This document shows positions 19,701 to 29,743 of a DNA stretch of 64,000 nucleotides, piece by piece. Source of the DNA: an uncultured Verrucomicrobiae bacterium (GTDB lineage Bacteria; Verrucomicrobiota; Verrucomicrobiia; Limisphaerales; Palsa-1400); the NCBI GenBank assembly GCA_963707025.1, contig CAVPOM010000004.1, forward strand, positions 256,001 through 320,000, in the 5' to 3' direction. The notes beneath the pieces are model-generated. The model did not search any database. It saw nothing but the letters and a program-made list of their open reading frames with translations, and was not told the DNA's origin. Positions within the stretch are counted from its first letter, which is position 1, and every line of letters begins with the position of its first letter. A program made the translations under genes and the position numbers.

Positions 19701-20666
19701 TCAAGGCAGCGCCACGCCGCCGCCGGCCACGTTGCTTTTGTCAAACAGGCGCGTGCCCAGGACGATTTTTTTTGGGACCGATTGCCCGTGGAGAATCTTC
19801 AGGGCGGCCGCGACGGCCTCCGCGCCACCGGTCGGATAGCGGAAGGTCGCGTCAAGTATTCCTTGCCGGACATAGGCCACGCCCTCCTGCGGCAGGGCGT
19901 CAATGCCCACGAAGAGGATGTTGTCGCGCCCGGCGGCCTTGGCGGCCAGATACGCGCCGTGCGCGCCCGGATCGTTGTGGGCGTAAACCAGGTCAATCCG
20001 GTCGAAACGCGACAGGGCGGATTCCATCTCCGTGCGTGCCTCCGGTTCGAGCCATTTCATGTCGGCCTGGAAAATAACGTCGATGCCCGAACCGGCGAGG
20101 GCGTCGCGAAAGCCGTTGTGCCGGTCCTGGCCGGGGATGGAAGTCATCAGGCCCATCAACTCGACGACCTTGCCCTGGCCGCCGAGTTTTTTGACGATCC
20201 ATTGTCCGGCGGCCTGGCCGATTTTCTTATTGTCAGCGCCGATGAAACAAGTGTACTTGTCACCGAGGACGGCGCGATCCAGGACGATGACCGGGATGCC
20301 GGCGTCCAGGGCGCGGGCCACGGGTTCGGTGAGGGGTTGGGCTTCTTTGGGGCTGATGAGGATGAGATCCACTTTGGCGCTGACCAACTCCTCCAGGTGG
20401 GAACGCTGTTTGAGGGTGTCGTTTTGCGCGTCCTTGAAGATGACGCTCAGTTCGGGATGTTGGGCGGCGGCGCTGCGGATGTCCTCGTTCATCTGCACGC
20501 GCCACGGCTCGCCCAGGTTGCACTGGGACATGCCGATGGTGTAATGCCGGGCCGCGCCGGCGGCGGGCGGTTTGGCATCGGAATCGGCACGGTTGCAGCC
20601 GGCCCAGGGCGCGGCCAGCAAGGGCAAGGCAAGCAGGGGAAAAATTTGCAGGAATGGTTTGCGCAT
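19701..20666 (-). CDS. Sugar ABC transporter substrate-binding lipoprotein (RbsB-like)
   Basis: WAGC lipobox; EPWRVQMN, IPVIVLDR, GADN, YAHND, GIDAL. Confidence 0.9.
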   Translation of the reverse strand: MRKPFLQIFPLLALPLLAAPWAGCNRADSDAKPPAAGAARHYTIGMSQCNLGEPWRVQMNEDIRSAAAQHPELSVIFKDAQNDTLKQRSHLEELVSAKVDLILISPKEAQPLTEPVARALDAGIPVIVLDRAVLGDKYTCFIGADNKKIGQAAGQWIVKKLGGQGKVVELMGLMTSIPGQDRHNGFRDALAGSGIDVIFQADMKWLEPEARTEMESALSRFDRIDLVYAHNDPGAHGAYLAAKAAGRDNILFVGIDALPQEGVAYVRQGILDATFRYPTGGAEAVAAALKILHGQSVPKKIVLGTRLFDKSNVAGGGVALP

Positions 20667-20674
20667 GTTTTTAT

Positions 20675-21688
20675 TCAGGTCCGCCGGCGCCGCTGCGTCA
20701 GGACCGCGGCGACAATAATGACGCCGGTGAGAACCAGACGGCCCGCCTCGGGGACGGCGTTAATGCTCAGGATCTTATCCAGATAGCCAATAGTCAGCAC
20801 GCCCAGCAAAGTCAAACCCATCCCGCCGCGTCCGCCCATCAGGCTGGTGCCGCCGATGACCACCATGGCGATGGCGGCCAATTCGTAACCGGCGCCGGCC
20901 TCCGGATCGCCTTGCTGCTCCTGGGCCGCCTGGCAGAGTCCGGCCACGGCCGCAAACAGGCCGGAGGCGGCGTAGGCGCACGCCTTGGCGCCGATGACCG
21001 GGACGCCCGACAGGCGCGCTGCTTCTTCGTTGCCGCCGATGGCGTAGAGGTAGCGGCCCCATCGGTGCCGGGACAAGGCCAGCCAGGCCAGGGCCAGACA
21101 AATCATAAATATGACCGTCACCATGGAAAGGTTTCCGCCCAGGATGCGATGATCAATGGCGCGAAACAGCGCCGGCACCTCCACGTAGCGATAGGCGCCG
21201 CCGGCAGTTTGCACGGCCGTCGAGACTTTCATCCCGCCCGAGGCGTACTTGGCCAGACCCCGCGCGAAAACCATCATGGCGAGGGTGGCGATGAAAGGTT
21301 GCACACGCCAGGCCGCTGTAATCAATCCCGCGACCAGGCCGCAGGCGGCGCCGATGGCCAGGCTGGCGGGCACGACTTCCCAGGCCGGCCAGCTCCAGTG
21401 AATCGCCATTTTCGCGGCGCAGACCGCCGTCAAGGCCACCAGGCTGCCGACGGCCAGATCAATCCCGCCGGAAATGATGACCAGCGTCATGCCGCAGGCC
21501 AGGATGCCATAAACCGATGCCTGGCGGAGCGTGTCGCGATGGGTGCCGATTTTGAAAAACGCGCCGTCGGCATTGCACACCGCCCCTGCGGCCAGCACCA
21601 GCACCAGCGCCAGCAAAGCCCGCCCACCGGCGCTGCCCAGAAACGATTTCCAGGCGGGCGGCGGCGAAGCGGGCACAGTGTCGTTCAT
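20675..21688 (-). CDS. Sugar ABC transporter permease (RbsC-like)
   Basis: GMTLVIISGGIDLAVGS, PFIATL, GRYLYAIGGNEEAARLSG, YELAAIA.VVIGGTSL.GG. Confidence 0.92.
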   Translation of the reverse strand: MNDTVPASPPPAWKSFLGSAGGRALLALVLVLAAGAVCNADGAFFKIGTHRDTLRQASVYGILACGMTLVIISGGIDLAVGSLVALTAVCAAKMAIHWSWPAWEVVPASLAIGAACGLVAGLITAAWRVQPFIATLAMMVFARGLAKYASGGMKVSTAVQTAGGAYRYVEVPALFRAIDHRILGGNLSMVTVIFMICLALAWLALSRHRWGRYLYAIGGNEEAARLSGVPVIGAKACAYAASGLFAAVAGLCQAAQEQQGDPEAGAGYELAAIAMVVIGGTSLMGGRGGMGLTLLGVLTIGYLDKILSINAVPEAGRLVLTGVIIVAAVLTQRRRRT

Positions 21689-23226
21689 GAGATGTCGGCC
21701 GCCCGTCCCATCGCGGCGGCAAGGACGGCTTGCGGTGTCGCCTGGCCGCGGGCCAGTTCGGCGGTGACGCGCCCCCGGTGCAGCACGATGACGCGGTCGC
21801 TCAATGTCAATAATTCGGGCATTTCCGACGTGATGAGCAAAATGGCCATGCCCTGGGCGGTCCATTGGTCCACCCATTGGTATATTTCCCTTTTTGCGCC
21901 GACATCAATGCCGCGAGTCGGCTCATCGAGCAGGAGCAGGCGGGGCCGGGTGTGCAACGATTTGGCCAGCGCCACCTTTTGCTGGTTGCCGCCGGAAAGG
22001 GTGCCGGCTTCCACCTCCAGCGACGGGGCGCGCAGCCGCATGGGACCGGTCATTTGTTCGGCGGCGGCGCGTTCGCGGGCCGGACGACGCCAGCCGCCTG
22101 GCGAAAGGGCGCGCAGGCCGGCCAGGGTGGCGTTGGCGGTGACGGACATCGAGAGCACCAGGCCGGTGGCCTTGCGGTCGTTGGTCAGAAGGGCAACGCC
22201 GGAGGCGATGGCTTTTCGGGGCGAGGCAAAATGAGCCGGGAGGCCATCTATTTGCGCCGACCCGCTGGTGCAGGAACCATAGGCGCCGAACAAGCCGAGA
22301 AAGAGTTCGCTGGCCCCGGAACCTCGCAGCCCGCCAAGGCCAACGACTTCCCCGGCGCGGGCCGACAAGGAAATCTGTTCGACAGCGGGCCGGGCGGAAA
22401 AACCCGCGGGAAAGACGCTGAAATTCTCCAGGCGCAGGCGCTCCGCGCCGGGATGGGGGACACGGCGCGGGAATTGTTCGCCCAAATCGCGTCCCACCAT
22501 CCACTGGATCAACTGCGACGCCGGCACTTCGGCGGCGGGCGCCGAGCCGATCCACCGGCCGTCGCGCAGCACGGTAATGCGGTCGGCCAGGCGCTCGATT
22601 TCCTCCATTTTATGGGTGATATAAACAATGGCGCAGCCGCGCGCCTTGAGCGATTGGATCCAGGCGAAGAGCCTGGCGGCTTCGGGCGCATTGAGGGCGC
22701 TGGTCGGCTCGTCCATGACAATGACCCTGGCCTCCTGGCTGAGGGCCTTGGCAATTTCGATGAGCTGCCGGATGGCGGCGGGGAACTTTTCCACCGGCTG
22801 GTGGACATTGATGTCCAGGCCGAGCTGGCCCACCCAATGCCGGGCGGCTTGCGGCTGTTGCGCCCTGGGCACAAAACCGGCCAGGGCCGGCGTGCGGCCG
22901 AGAAAAAGATTGTCCGCCACGCTCATGGCGCCGATGAGCGACAATTCCTGGTGAATGACCGCCACCCCCAGCGCGCCGGCCTGGAGCGGATTGCGCGGAC
23001 GCACTTCGCGGCCCGCGATTTCCAGGCGGCCTGCAAAGTCGGTGTGGATGCCGGCGAGGATCTTGATCAAGGTGCTTTTGCCCGCGCCATTTTCCCCGGC
23101 CAGAACGTGAACCTCGCCCGCGCGGCATTCCATTTTGACATCCTGCAAGACGGTTACTGGCCCGAATCTCTTGGTGATGCCGGACATGCGCACCAAAGGC
23201 GGCTGCTTGGAACTGGCTTCGGGCAT
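21685..23226 (-). CDS. Sugar ABC transporter ATP-binding protein (RbsA-like, two NBDs)
   Basis: GENGAGKST, DEPT twice, LSGGNQQK. Confidence 0.93.
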   Translation of the reverse strand: MPEASSKQPPLVRMSGITKRFGPVTVLQDVKMECRAGEVHVLAGENGAGKSTLIKILAGIHTDFAGRLEIAGREVRPRNPLQAGALGVAVIHQELSLIGAMSVADNLFLGRTPALAGFVPRAQQPQAARHWVGQLGLDINVHQPVEKFPAAIRQLIEIAKALSQEARVIVMDEPTSALNAPEAARLFAWIQSLKARGCAIVYITHKMEEIERLADRITVLRDGRWIGSAPAAEVPASQLIQWMVGRDLGEQFPRRVPHPGAERLRLENFSVFPAGFSARPAVEQISLSARAGEVVGLGGLRGSGASELFLGLFGAYGSCTSGSAQIDGLPAHFASPRKAIASGVALLTNDRKATGLVLSMSVTANATLAGLRALSPGGWRRPARERAAAEQMTGPMRLRAPSLEVEAGTLSGGNQQKVALAKSLHTRPRLLLLDEPTRGIDVGAKREIYQWVDQWTAQGMAILLITSEMPELLTLSDRVIVLHRGRVTAELARGQATPQAVLAAAMGRAADIS

Positions 23227-23282
23227 TTAGGTGGATTTGATTTCGCGCATGCCACCCAAGCTTGACTTCCGGCGGTCGGGAA

Positions 23283-23528
23283 TTACAAGCCAAAATGGCG
23301 TTTGGCAAACTCGTGGCCGGAGCCGGTTTTGAGATATTCTTCAAATTTCTGCGCCAACTCCAACTTCTCAAAAGCGGCGTAAGATTTTACTCCCCACGGC
23401 TTCAATTCTGAGGTGTGAGGGCATTTGCCGGCGTTGTGCTCCGCAAGGCGGCGTTTAAGAGCGTCGGTGTGGCCCCGGTAAAATTGGCCGGGCATGGCAA
23501 CACTCACCAGGATGCAGGTATAAAACAT
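23283..23528 (-). CDS. Small GIY-YIG nuclease family protein (partly degenerate motif)
   Basis: FYTCIL...FYRGHT..LKRRLAEHNAG...T....PW...A..FEEYLKTGSG. Confidence 0.75.
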   Translation of the reverse strand: MFYTCILVSVAMPGQFYRGHTDALKRRLAEHNAGKCPHTSELKPWGVKSYAAFEKLELAQKFEEYLKTGSGHEFAKRHFGL

Positions 23529-23614
23529 AAGCGTGAATCCATACAAAGGATGGCCTGTCATCCGTAGCTCGGAACCCGGTCGCACGGCAGCCCTACTTCG
23601 CTCCGCGGACGGAG

Positions 23615-23845
23615 CTACGGAGGGCACCATCCTCCGCTCGGAACCTGCGGGTTGGCGAAGCGTTCCTGCGGCGTCAAACCCGTCATACCCACGTAAACAC
23701 ACGGTTTCTTCGGGTCCCGCCTTGGGTTTTCAGCCCGGACCATTCGGATTTTGCCCACTGCCGGGGCGAGCAGCACGAAGTAAACGTTGTGGTGAAGCTC
23801 CTGTTGACGGCCGTGGAGGTGTCGCTTGAGGGTGCGGCGCTTCAT
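23615..23845 (-). pseudogene. Truncated GIY-YIG-like protein
   Basis: HHNVYFVLL...KKPCVYVGMTGLTPQERFAN, then ends in palindromic repeat sequence. Confidence 0.55.
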
Positions 23846-23902
23846 TCACCTTTTTCGCTGATCGAGTTCAAGACGGGGGCGGGTTGCATCAGGCTCATGA
23901 TC

Positions 23903-24085
23903 TCATTGTGGCCAGTTCCCATTCTCCATCGAGTTGCCCGGTTCCACCACCACATGCTGGATACGTCTCCGGTTCCAGGCATAAACAATATGCACCAAGC
24001 CGCCCCTCGTTTGAATCACCGCCTGGTAGGAAAATACCTTGCCCGCCTCGTTTTCCAAGATCAATGCGGCCCAGCCGTTTTCACG
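23903..24085 (-). pseudogene. C-terminal fragment of a BNR-repeat exo-sialidase-like protein
   Basis: My translation: WAALILENEAGKVFSYQAVIQTRGGLVHIVYAWNRRRIQHVVVEP..NWPQ*, resembling the SYP..IQT.DG.VH..Y.W.R..I.H.V terminus. Confidence 0.6.
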
Positions 24086-24103
24086 CAGTAACCGGAGCCT
24101 GGA

Positions 24104-25324
24104 CTAACCTCTATTTCGCCGGGCGTCCCAGTTGTGGTCGCGAATAATCTGGTCGAATTTGGCTTTTGGCTCGAAATCGGCCGGCACCATTTTGAACTTC
24201 ACCAGATAATTGCATACATCGCGCAATTGCCGCACCTCGTTGCGTTTGGTGTTGACTGTGTTGGCGGGAATGGCCTGAAAGTCGGCAACGTATTTTAGCA
24301 GGGCCGTTTTCACTTTTTGATAGGTGGCGTCGTCGCTCGCGTAGCAAAGTGATTCTGCATAGCGCAGTGTCTGCTCCAGGGATTGACTCGGGGCGGTCAT
24401 TTTGTCGGCGTCCGCGCGGACGCTGGCGGCGATTTCGGCGCGCTTGGCCGCGGTGGCTTTGGACGTCAAATAACCATCGTCACCGCCCTGGGCCGCGCGC
24501 GGCGGCAGGAGGCGATACCAGATATTGCGAAAGCGGACCGGGTTGCCATGGTCCTGGAGCTTGAGCGGTCCAGAGTCGGGGAAATGACTGGGCTTGGCGC
24601 GCGCCATGTGCCCGGTCTCGCCCTCGATGATGGCGTGATCCTGCACGGCAACGCCGTTCTCAAAAACCGTGACGTAGCCGGCCTCCACCAATTGGCCATC
24701 CTCGGCGTAGAGCGGACGCCGGAAAATAATGTCGTAGGTTTGGAACTGGCCGGGCGGCAGGAGCGCGTTGGCCATGGGCGCATGCTGCCCATAGACGGCT
24801 CCCGCCATGCCATCTGCGTAAGTCGGGTTCTTGTAATTATCCAGCACTTGCACCTCGACCAGGCCCATCAGGAACACCCCGCTGTTGCCCCGGCCCTGGC
24901 TGGTGCCTTCGACCCGCGTGGGCGAGGCCCATTCCACGTGCAATTGACAGTCGCCGATATTCTCCTTGGTTCGGATGTAACCCGATCCCGGCACGCATTC
25001 CATCGCGCCGTTTTTTATGACCCATTTGGTCGGTTCGTGCCGGGCGTTGTCGGCCTCCCATTTGGAAAGGTCGGTGCCGTCAAAAAGGATGATGGCGTCC
25101 GAAGGCGGCTTGCCCGGTTGGTCCGGGCTGCCGAACGTGCCCGGCGTGACGATAAGCGGCTGCGGGCGGTTTTGGTCGTGAACTTCCCACGGGTGATGTT
25201 CATCCGGCGGGTCGCCATAAAAGGAGTGTTCGCGGTAAACTCCATCTGGCGCCGTCTGTCCCAACGCCGCCGTAGCGGTCGTGAGCAGTCCAAGCAACAA
25301 TGGCAAAGTGGAATGTGTTTTCAT
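24104..25324 (-). CDS. Secreted DUF1080 / 3-keto-disaccharide hydrolase domain protein
   Basis: Signal peptide; PPSDAIILFDG, QLHVEW, QGRGNSGVF, EVQVLD, LQDHGNPVRFRNIW. Confidence 0.9.
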   Translation of the reverse strand: MKTHSTLPLLLGLLTTATAALGQTAPDGVYREHSFYGDPPDEHHPWEVHDQNRPQPLIVTPGTFGSPDQPGKPPSDAIILFDGTDLSKWEADNARHEPTKWVIKNGAMECVPGSGYIRTKENIGDCQLHVEWASPTRVEGTSQGRGNSGVFLMGLVEVQVLDNYKNPTYADGMAGAVYGQHAPMANALLPPGQFQTYDIIFRRPLYAEDGQLVEAGYVTVFENGVAVQDHAIIEGETGHMARAKPSHFPDSGPLKLQDHGNPVRFRNIWYRLLPPRAAQGGDDGYLTSKATAAKRAEIAASVRADADKMTAPSQSLEQTLRYAESLCYASDDATYQKVKTALLKYVADFQAIPANTVNTKRNEVRQLRDVCNYLVKFKMVPADFEPKAKFDQIIRDHNWDARRNRG

Positions 25325-25546
25325 AAAAACATTGAGTAATTAATGGGCACGATTGGCACCGCGGTTAAAAAAGCGGCGTTATTATGCGTTCGGCCAATCC
25401 GTTGGTCGAGAGAAATGATCAGCCCGAAAAACCGGCAAAACTGGCCTGGTGGGGGCAAAGACTGGCCCTGGAAGGACGGTGATTTTGTATTCAAAAATCC
25501 GAATTGTCCCCAATCTGTCCCCAAATGTCGATACTTTCGAAAACTG

Positions 25547-25575
25547 TATGGTGGAGGCGGCGGGAGTTGAACCCG
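25547..25575 (-). repeat. att site (duplicated tmRNA 3' end)
   Basis: TATGGTGGAGGCGGCGGGAGTTGAACCCG, identical to 36284-36312. Confidence 0.95.
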
Positions 25576-25680
25576 ATTTTAGCGTTCGCGGCCATTCGCA
25601 AAAAGAGCGTTTACATAGGGAGAATTTGCGCGTTGTGAAAATCACGTCAAGAATAGATACGAACCAAAGCGAAAGTTTTT

Positions 25681-25788
25681 TGTGTGGAATTGTGTGGAAA
25701 AAAAGGCTGCGGGTTTTATGCCCGCGTCCCGGCCAATGATTTGCTTTTCCATGCTTTTCCAAACAGATTCCACACAGATTCCACACAG
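25681..25788. promoter_or_regulatory. Integrase arm-type binding repeats
   Basis: TGTGTGGAA twice (25681, 25691) and inverted TTCCA(A/C)ACAG three times (25757-25788); the same 9-mer occurs twice at 36222 and 36233. Confidence 0.75.
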
Positions 25789-26279
25789 TCTCACCGTGAC
25801 ATGCTGGCCCGGCCCGGAATGGCCGCCCGCCTGCCCCGGCCCGCTCATGCTCACCATGATGGAGGTTGCGCCCCGGCCTGCCCGCGCGGACCTGGCCGGC
25901 GTTCACTCCCGGCAATGCGCGGGCCTGCCCGGCTTGCCCCGGCCCGGTCGTTTGGCCGTGCCGCGTTCATTCCGGGCGATTGCGCGGACTGCCCGCGCGG
26001 TTCACTTGCCCCGCGCGGCCCGGCTGGCACGTCCAAAGGTTGGTAAAGCCGTTTGGGAAGGATTGCCACCAGGACGCATTTTGTTGGCAGGGGGGCTGTC
26101 ATCATGCCGCCCGGCCCGCAATCGCCTGCCCTTGCCCGCCGTTTGGAAGCCACGCGGCCCATTTTCTTGAACGTGTGAACGCGCCGGTCGGCAATCGGTG
26201 GGGGATTCGACACCAGGGGCGGCTCACCAGGTTTGATCGGCGGAAAGGTAGGAGAGTAATTCGCCTGGCCCGCCTGGCG

Positions 26280-26639
26280 TCATTGATATGTCGCCCATTG
26301 TGCGCGGGCATTCCGCGTGTCCGCCCGCCCGTCAAGCCACGCGAGATAATTCCGCATGTCGAATTGAACGAAAATGACTTCAACGCCACGGCTCCGCAAA
26401 TAATCCGCAAAATCCGTGTTGGCGTTTTGGCCGGCGGTGAAGTCCGCGTTGCTGTCCTGTTCACCCGCCAACAACCAATCCTCCTTGCAATCGTAAGCCG
26501 TCAAAGTCACGCGCGCGGGGATGTTGCCGCCGGCTGCAACGATTTGCTCAAATTGGCGGATTGCATCATTTGCAGTTGGCTGGCTCACGTCCAGGATGTC
26601 TGCGCCAGAATCCAGAGCACGGCAAGAAAAAAGAGGCAA
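26280..26639 (-). CDS. Hypothetical protein (island cargo)
   Basis: 119-aa ORF with globular composition, e.g. FADYLRSRGVEVIFVQFD..YLAWLDGR. Confidence 0.55.
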   Translation of the reverse strand: MPLFSCRALDSGADILDVSQPTANDAIRQFEQIVAAGGNIPARVTLTAYDCKEDWLLAGEQDSNADFTAGQNANTDFADYLRSRGVEVIFVQFDMRNYLAWLDGRADTRNARAQWATYQ

Positions 26640-27128
26640 CGATTGTCTGCCCGCGTTGCCCCGGCCCGGCCCGCCTTGCCTGGCCCGCCCTTGGCTTCCC
26701 GGCCCGGCCTGTCAATCAAAGCCCCGCCTGGCTCAATCCTGCCACAAGCCTTGCCCCTGGCATGGACTCTCTGCCCCGGCCCGCAAGGCTTCCCATAAAT
26801 CATCAATTGGAGGATACGGTCAAGCACGCATCGCCCTTGGCCGCCCCGGAAGCCTGGCACGTCCACGCGGGCGCAATTCCCGTAAAGTGGTTTTCGAGAA
26901 ACGGAGGGGGACGGCGCCCGCTGGCGATTTGCGGCCGGCCGCATTTGGATCCCCTGGCGTTCGTTTTCCCGGCCCGGAAAGGGGGGGTATAATGTCCCGC
27001 CCCGTCAATCAAAGCGCGTCCTGGGGCAAATTAGCGAATCTTTTTCAGGCGTGTTCTCTTAGACGCCTCAACAAGTATTTTAACGAGCTTGCAAACGATG
27101 GAATGGTTTGCATAATACCAATAAAGTT

Positions 27129-28578
27129 CACACCCGTCTCATAAGGGGAAAAGTCTGGTGCTGACCTGTTCATTTGCAAGGGTTTAATTGGTCTTCGGGG
27201 TAAAATGAGATTTTGATTTTTCCGAGTTTGGCTTTTGGGTTTGGTATGCGCCTGTTTGGGCGCGTGTGCTGTCCCATAGCTTTATTGGAAGCCGGGGAAA
27301 TACGCCTGCTCGGGCCGCGCCAAGTGGCGAAAGCTGCCGCCTGCTGTCCCATAGCACGCCAGCAAATTGAGCAGATCATATTTCTCCCAGAGCGCCGCCC
27401 GCAAAATCGTGAACAGCCGGGTGAAGCTGTGCGCCCAGTTGGAGAGGTGACTGAGGTAGCGCAACAGCACGTAGGTCAACAGCGCCGTCCACACCTGCCA
27501 GCGCACGGCGTTGGCGTTGTGGCCCAGAAAATCCGCCAACTGCAAGGTCTGCTTGATTTGTTTGAAGAAGACTTCGATCTGCCAGCGGCAGCGGTAAAGG
27601 TCGGCCACGCTGCGCGGACTCCACTCCAGGTTGTTGGTCAGGAAGGTCATTTCCCGTTCCTCTCCATCAATCTCGACCAGCGCCACCACCCGGCGCATCA
27701 ACTCCGGCGCGGGTTTGTTCTCGTTGCTCAGGACGATCACTTCGTCGCGCAAAATCTTCGGGTCTCTGGAGGCGGGCATTTTCCGCACCACCTCATAGCC
27801 CATGTTCTCCTTGGCCCGCGTCACCCAAAAGACCCCGCGCCCGTCCAAATCCCGCAAGTGGCCGAAGTCCACATAACCCTTGTCGAACAAGGCGATTTCG
27901 CCGCTCTTCAAGTCGGCGCACAGTTCCCGCGCCCGTCGGTTGTCGTGCTCGGCGGCAGTGTCCACAATGACAAAACCGGGCAAAAGATTCTGCAGATTCA
28001 ACCGCATATGGGTTTTGGCGGCGGCCTTGCGCCGGCGGTGCTTGGCCCAGTCCAGGCAGTTGGCCACCAGTTCCATGGTCGTGCTATCAATCACATGGAT
28101 GGGCATCTTGAAACGGAAGGCGGGGCCACGGCGCTGGCCCGCGGCAAAGCCGGGCGTCTGTGCTTTCAAATGCTCCAGGACCCGCCAGAAGAGTTGTTCG
28201 GCCATCTGGGCCGGACGCTCCCGGTTGGCGTGGGAGAGGCCGTTGCGGCTGGGGGCGCTGGCGCCGCGCAAAGTGGACAGCGGCCCGGAATGCAATTGCA
28301 GCGAGTCGCACAGATCGTTGAGTCCGATGCAATGGGTGAGTTGCGCGTCCAGCAAACTGACCGTGTGACTCCACGGACTGAAGGTGCGCGACTTATCCAG
28401 AGCCCGGTCTCCCGCGCTATTTTGGAGACTTCATGCGCAGGAATGAGATTGCAAATCTGGCGCAAAACGTTAAACCGGGACCGTGTCGGTTTGATTTTTT
28501 TGTTTTTCATGCCTGCCTTGTGGCAGGTTCAAATGGTCAAGCCAACACTTTTTTCCAATTTCCTGTGGGATGGCTGTG
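27129..28578 (-). mobile_element. IS4-family insertion sequence, copy 1
   Basis: Ends CACACCCGTCTCATAAGG / CCTGTGGGATGGCTGTG; 9-bp target duplication AATAAAGTT (27120-27128, 28579-28587); near-identical to 49398-50848. Confidence 0.95.
27282..28510 (-). pseudogene. IS4 transposase with a 1-bp deletion (GGG versus GGGG) near 28403
   Basis: Same protein as 49466-50695 but split into two frames. Confidence 0.85.
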
Positions 28579-28989
28579 AATAAAGTTCATGTCTTTGAGC
28601 CGATGAGAGACTTAATAAATCCGCAAGAACCGCAGGATATTTCCGACGCGGAAGCCACCTTGGGTTTCGAGAGGCTTTTGATTGAAGGGCTTGGGGACTT
28701 GGACAAAGACCAGACAAACCCGTTTCCGATTCCGGTTGTGGTAAAGATTTTGTCTTCATCTGATATTTTGCTCAAAACCTTTGATTTTGACGGGAGTATA
28801 ATATATTCTCATAAGCGGCGGGGCAACTCGAAGTCCTATCCAGTGAAAGAATGGCACCCCGTAGATGCCCCGGTCAGTGATGCCGCAGATTTCCTGTCCA
28901 GATATGCCAATCGCACCCACCCGGAAAGCGCATTCGCCCATACGATTATCCCATGCAGTTTTAAACATAGCAAAGCAAACTTTGGGTGA
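28579..28989 (+). pseudogene. Probable cargo ORF whose 5' end is cut by IS4 copy 1
   Basis: Open frame NKVHVFEPMRDLINPQ...KANFG* begins at the IS junction; AT-rich. Confidence 0.35.
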
Positions 28990-29070
28990 AACCCGCTCCA
29001 ACCAGGCTGATTTAATCCAGCATCCGAGTCAATCATAATGCCTTGTTTGCATCGCCCGCGCGGCCCGGCG

Positions 29071-29610
29071 TCAGGAGGCTTTGCGATTTTCCTCTGCTTC
29101 TTCAATTGAATCTATCCCGGCCCGCAACATTTTAAGAATTCTGGCGGCGGTCTCTTCCATTACAACGACCATTTCAGGGGCACGAAGTCCCTCAAGTTTC
29201 GGGGGAAGGTTATTTTGCAATTCTTGAAGCAAAACCTGTTTCTGATTGAGTGCGATGCTCCCGAAAATGCGTGACACATCGGACTTTTTCATATACAGCC
29301 CCTCGAAAAGCGCGTTCTTGTTTTCTTTCTCCTTTAGAGTCTGCAAAAGGCACAGGACTACAACATCTTCTTTGGGGGGTAATGCCTTTCCAGAAACATC
29401 CGGTTTGTTGGCTTCCAACCAAGGTTGGACTTCCCCGCAATGAATTTTGCCGTGCCGGAAGGCGAGACAGCCTTTTTTCTTGCACCATCGGAGAATTGAA
29501 ATCGTAATGCCAAGGTGGGATGACGCCTGGCCCAAAGTCTCTGCTATAAAATCCTTGGTCTTATACTCACCGCGCTTCCCTTTGGCTGTTTTCATTTTCA
29601 TCATCGGCAA
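29071..29610 (-). CDS. Putative terminase small subunit (lambda Nu1-like architecture)
   Basis: N-terminal winged-HTH-like (ASSHLGITISILRWCKKKGC...VQPWL), coiled-coil (LKEKENKNALFEGLY....V), C-terminal LPPKLEGL...E. Confidence 0.55.
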   Translation of the reverse strand: MPMMKMKTAKGKRGEYKTKDFIAETLGQASSHLGITISILRWCKKKGCLAFRHGKIHCGEVQPWLEANKPDVSGKALPPKEDVVVLCLLQTLKEKENKNALFEGLYMKKSDVSRIFGSIALNQKQVLLQELQNNLPPKLEGLRAPEMVVVMEETAARILKMLRAGIDSIEEAEENRKAS

Positions 29611-29743
29611 GGTTTAAAGTGGGGCTGGCGGCCCGGCGAAGCTACAGGCTCCGCGGAATGATTCAATTTTCAAGTTCCATCCGCCAGCCCCGGTTATGAC
29701 CAAAACGCCTCGGTTGGAATGTGAAGCGCAAAGGTCAAAGTTT

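Noticed and set aside
25547..25575. Possible tRNA gene
   Set aside because: Only the T-arm and acceptor 3' strand are present; it is the duplicated tmRNA end.
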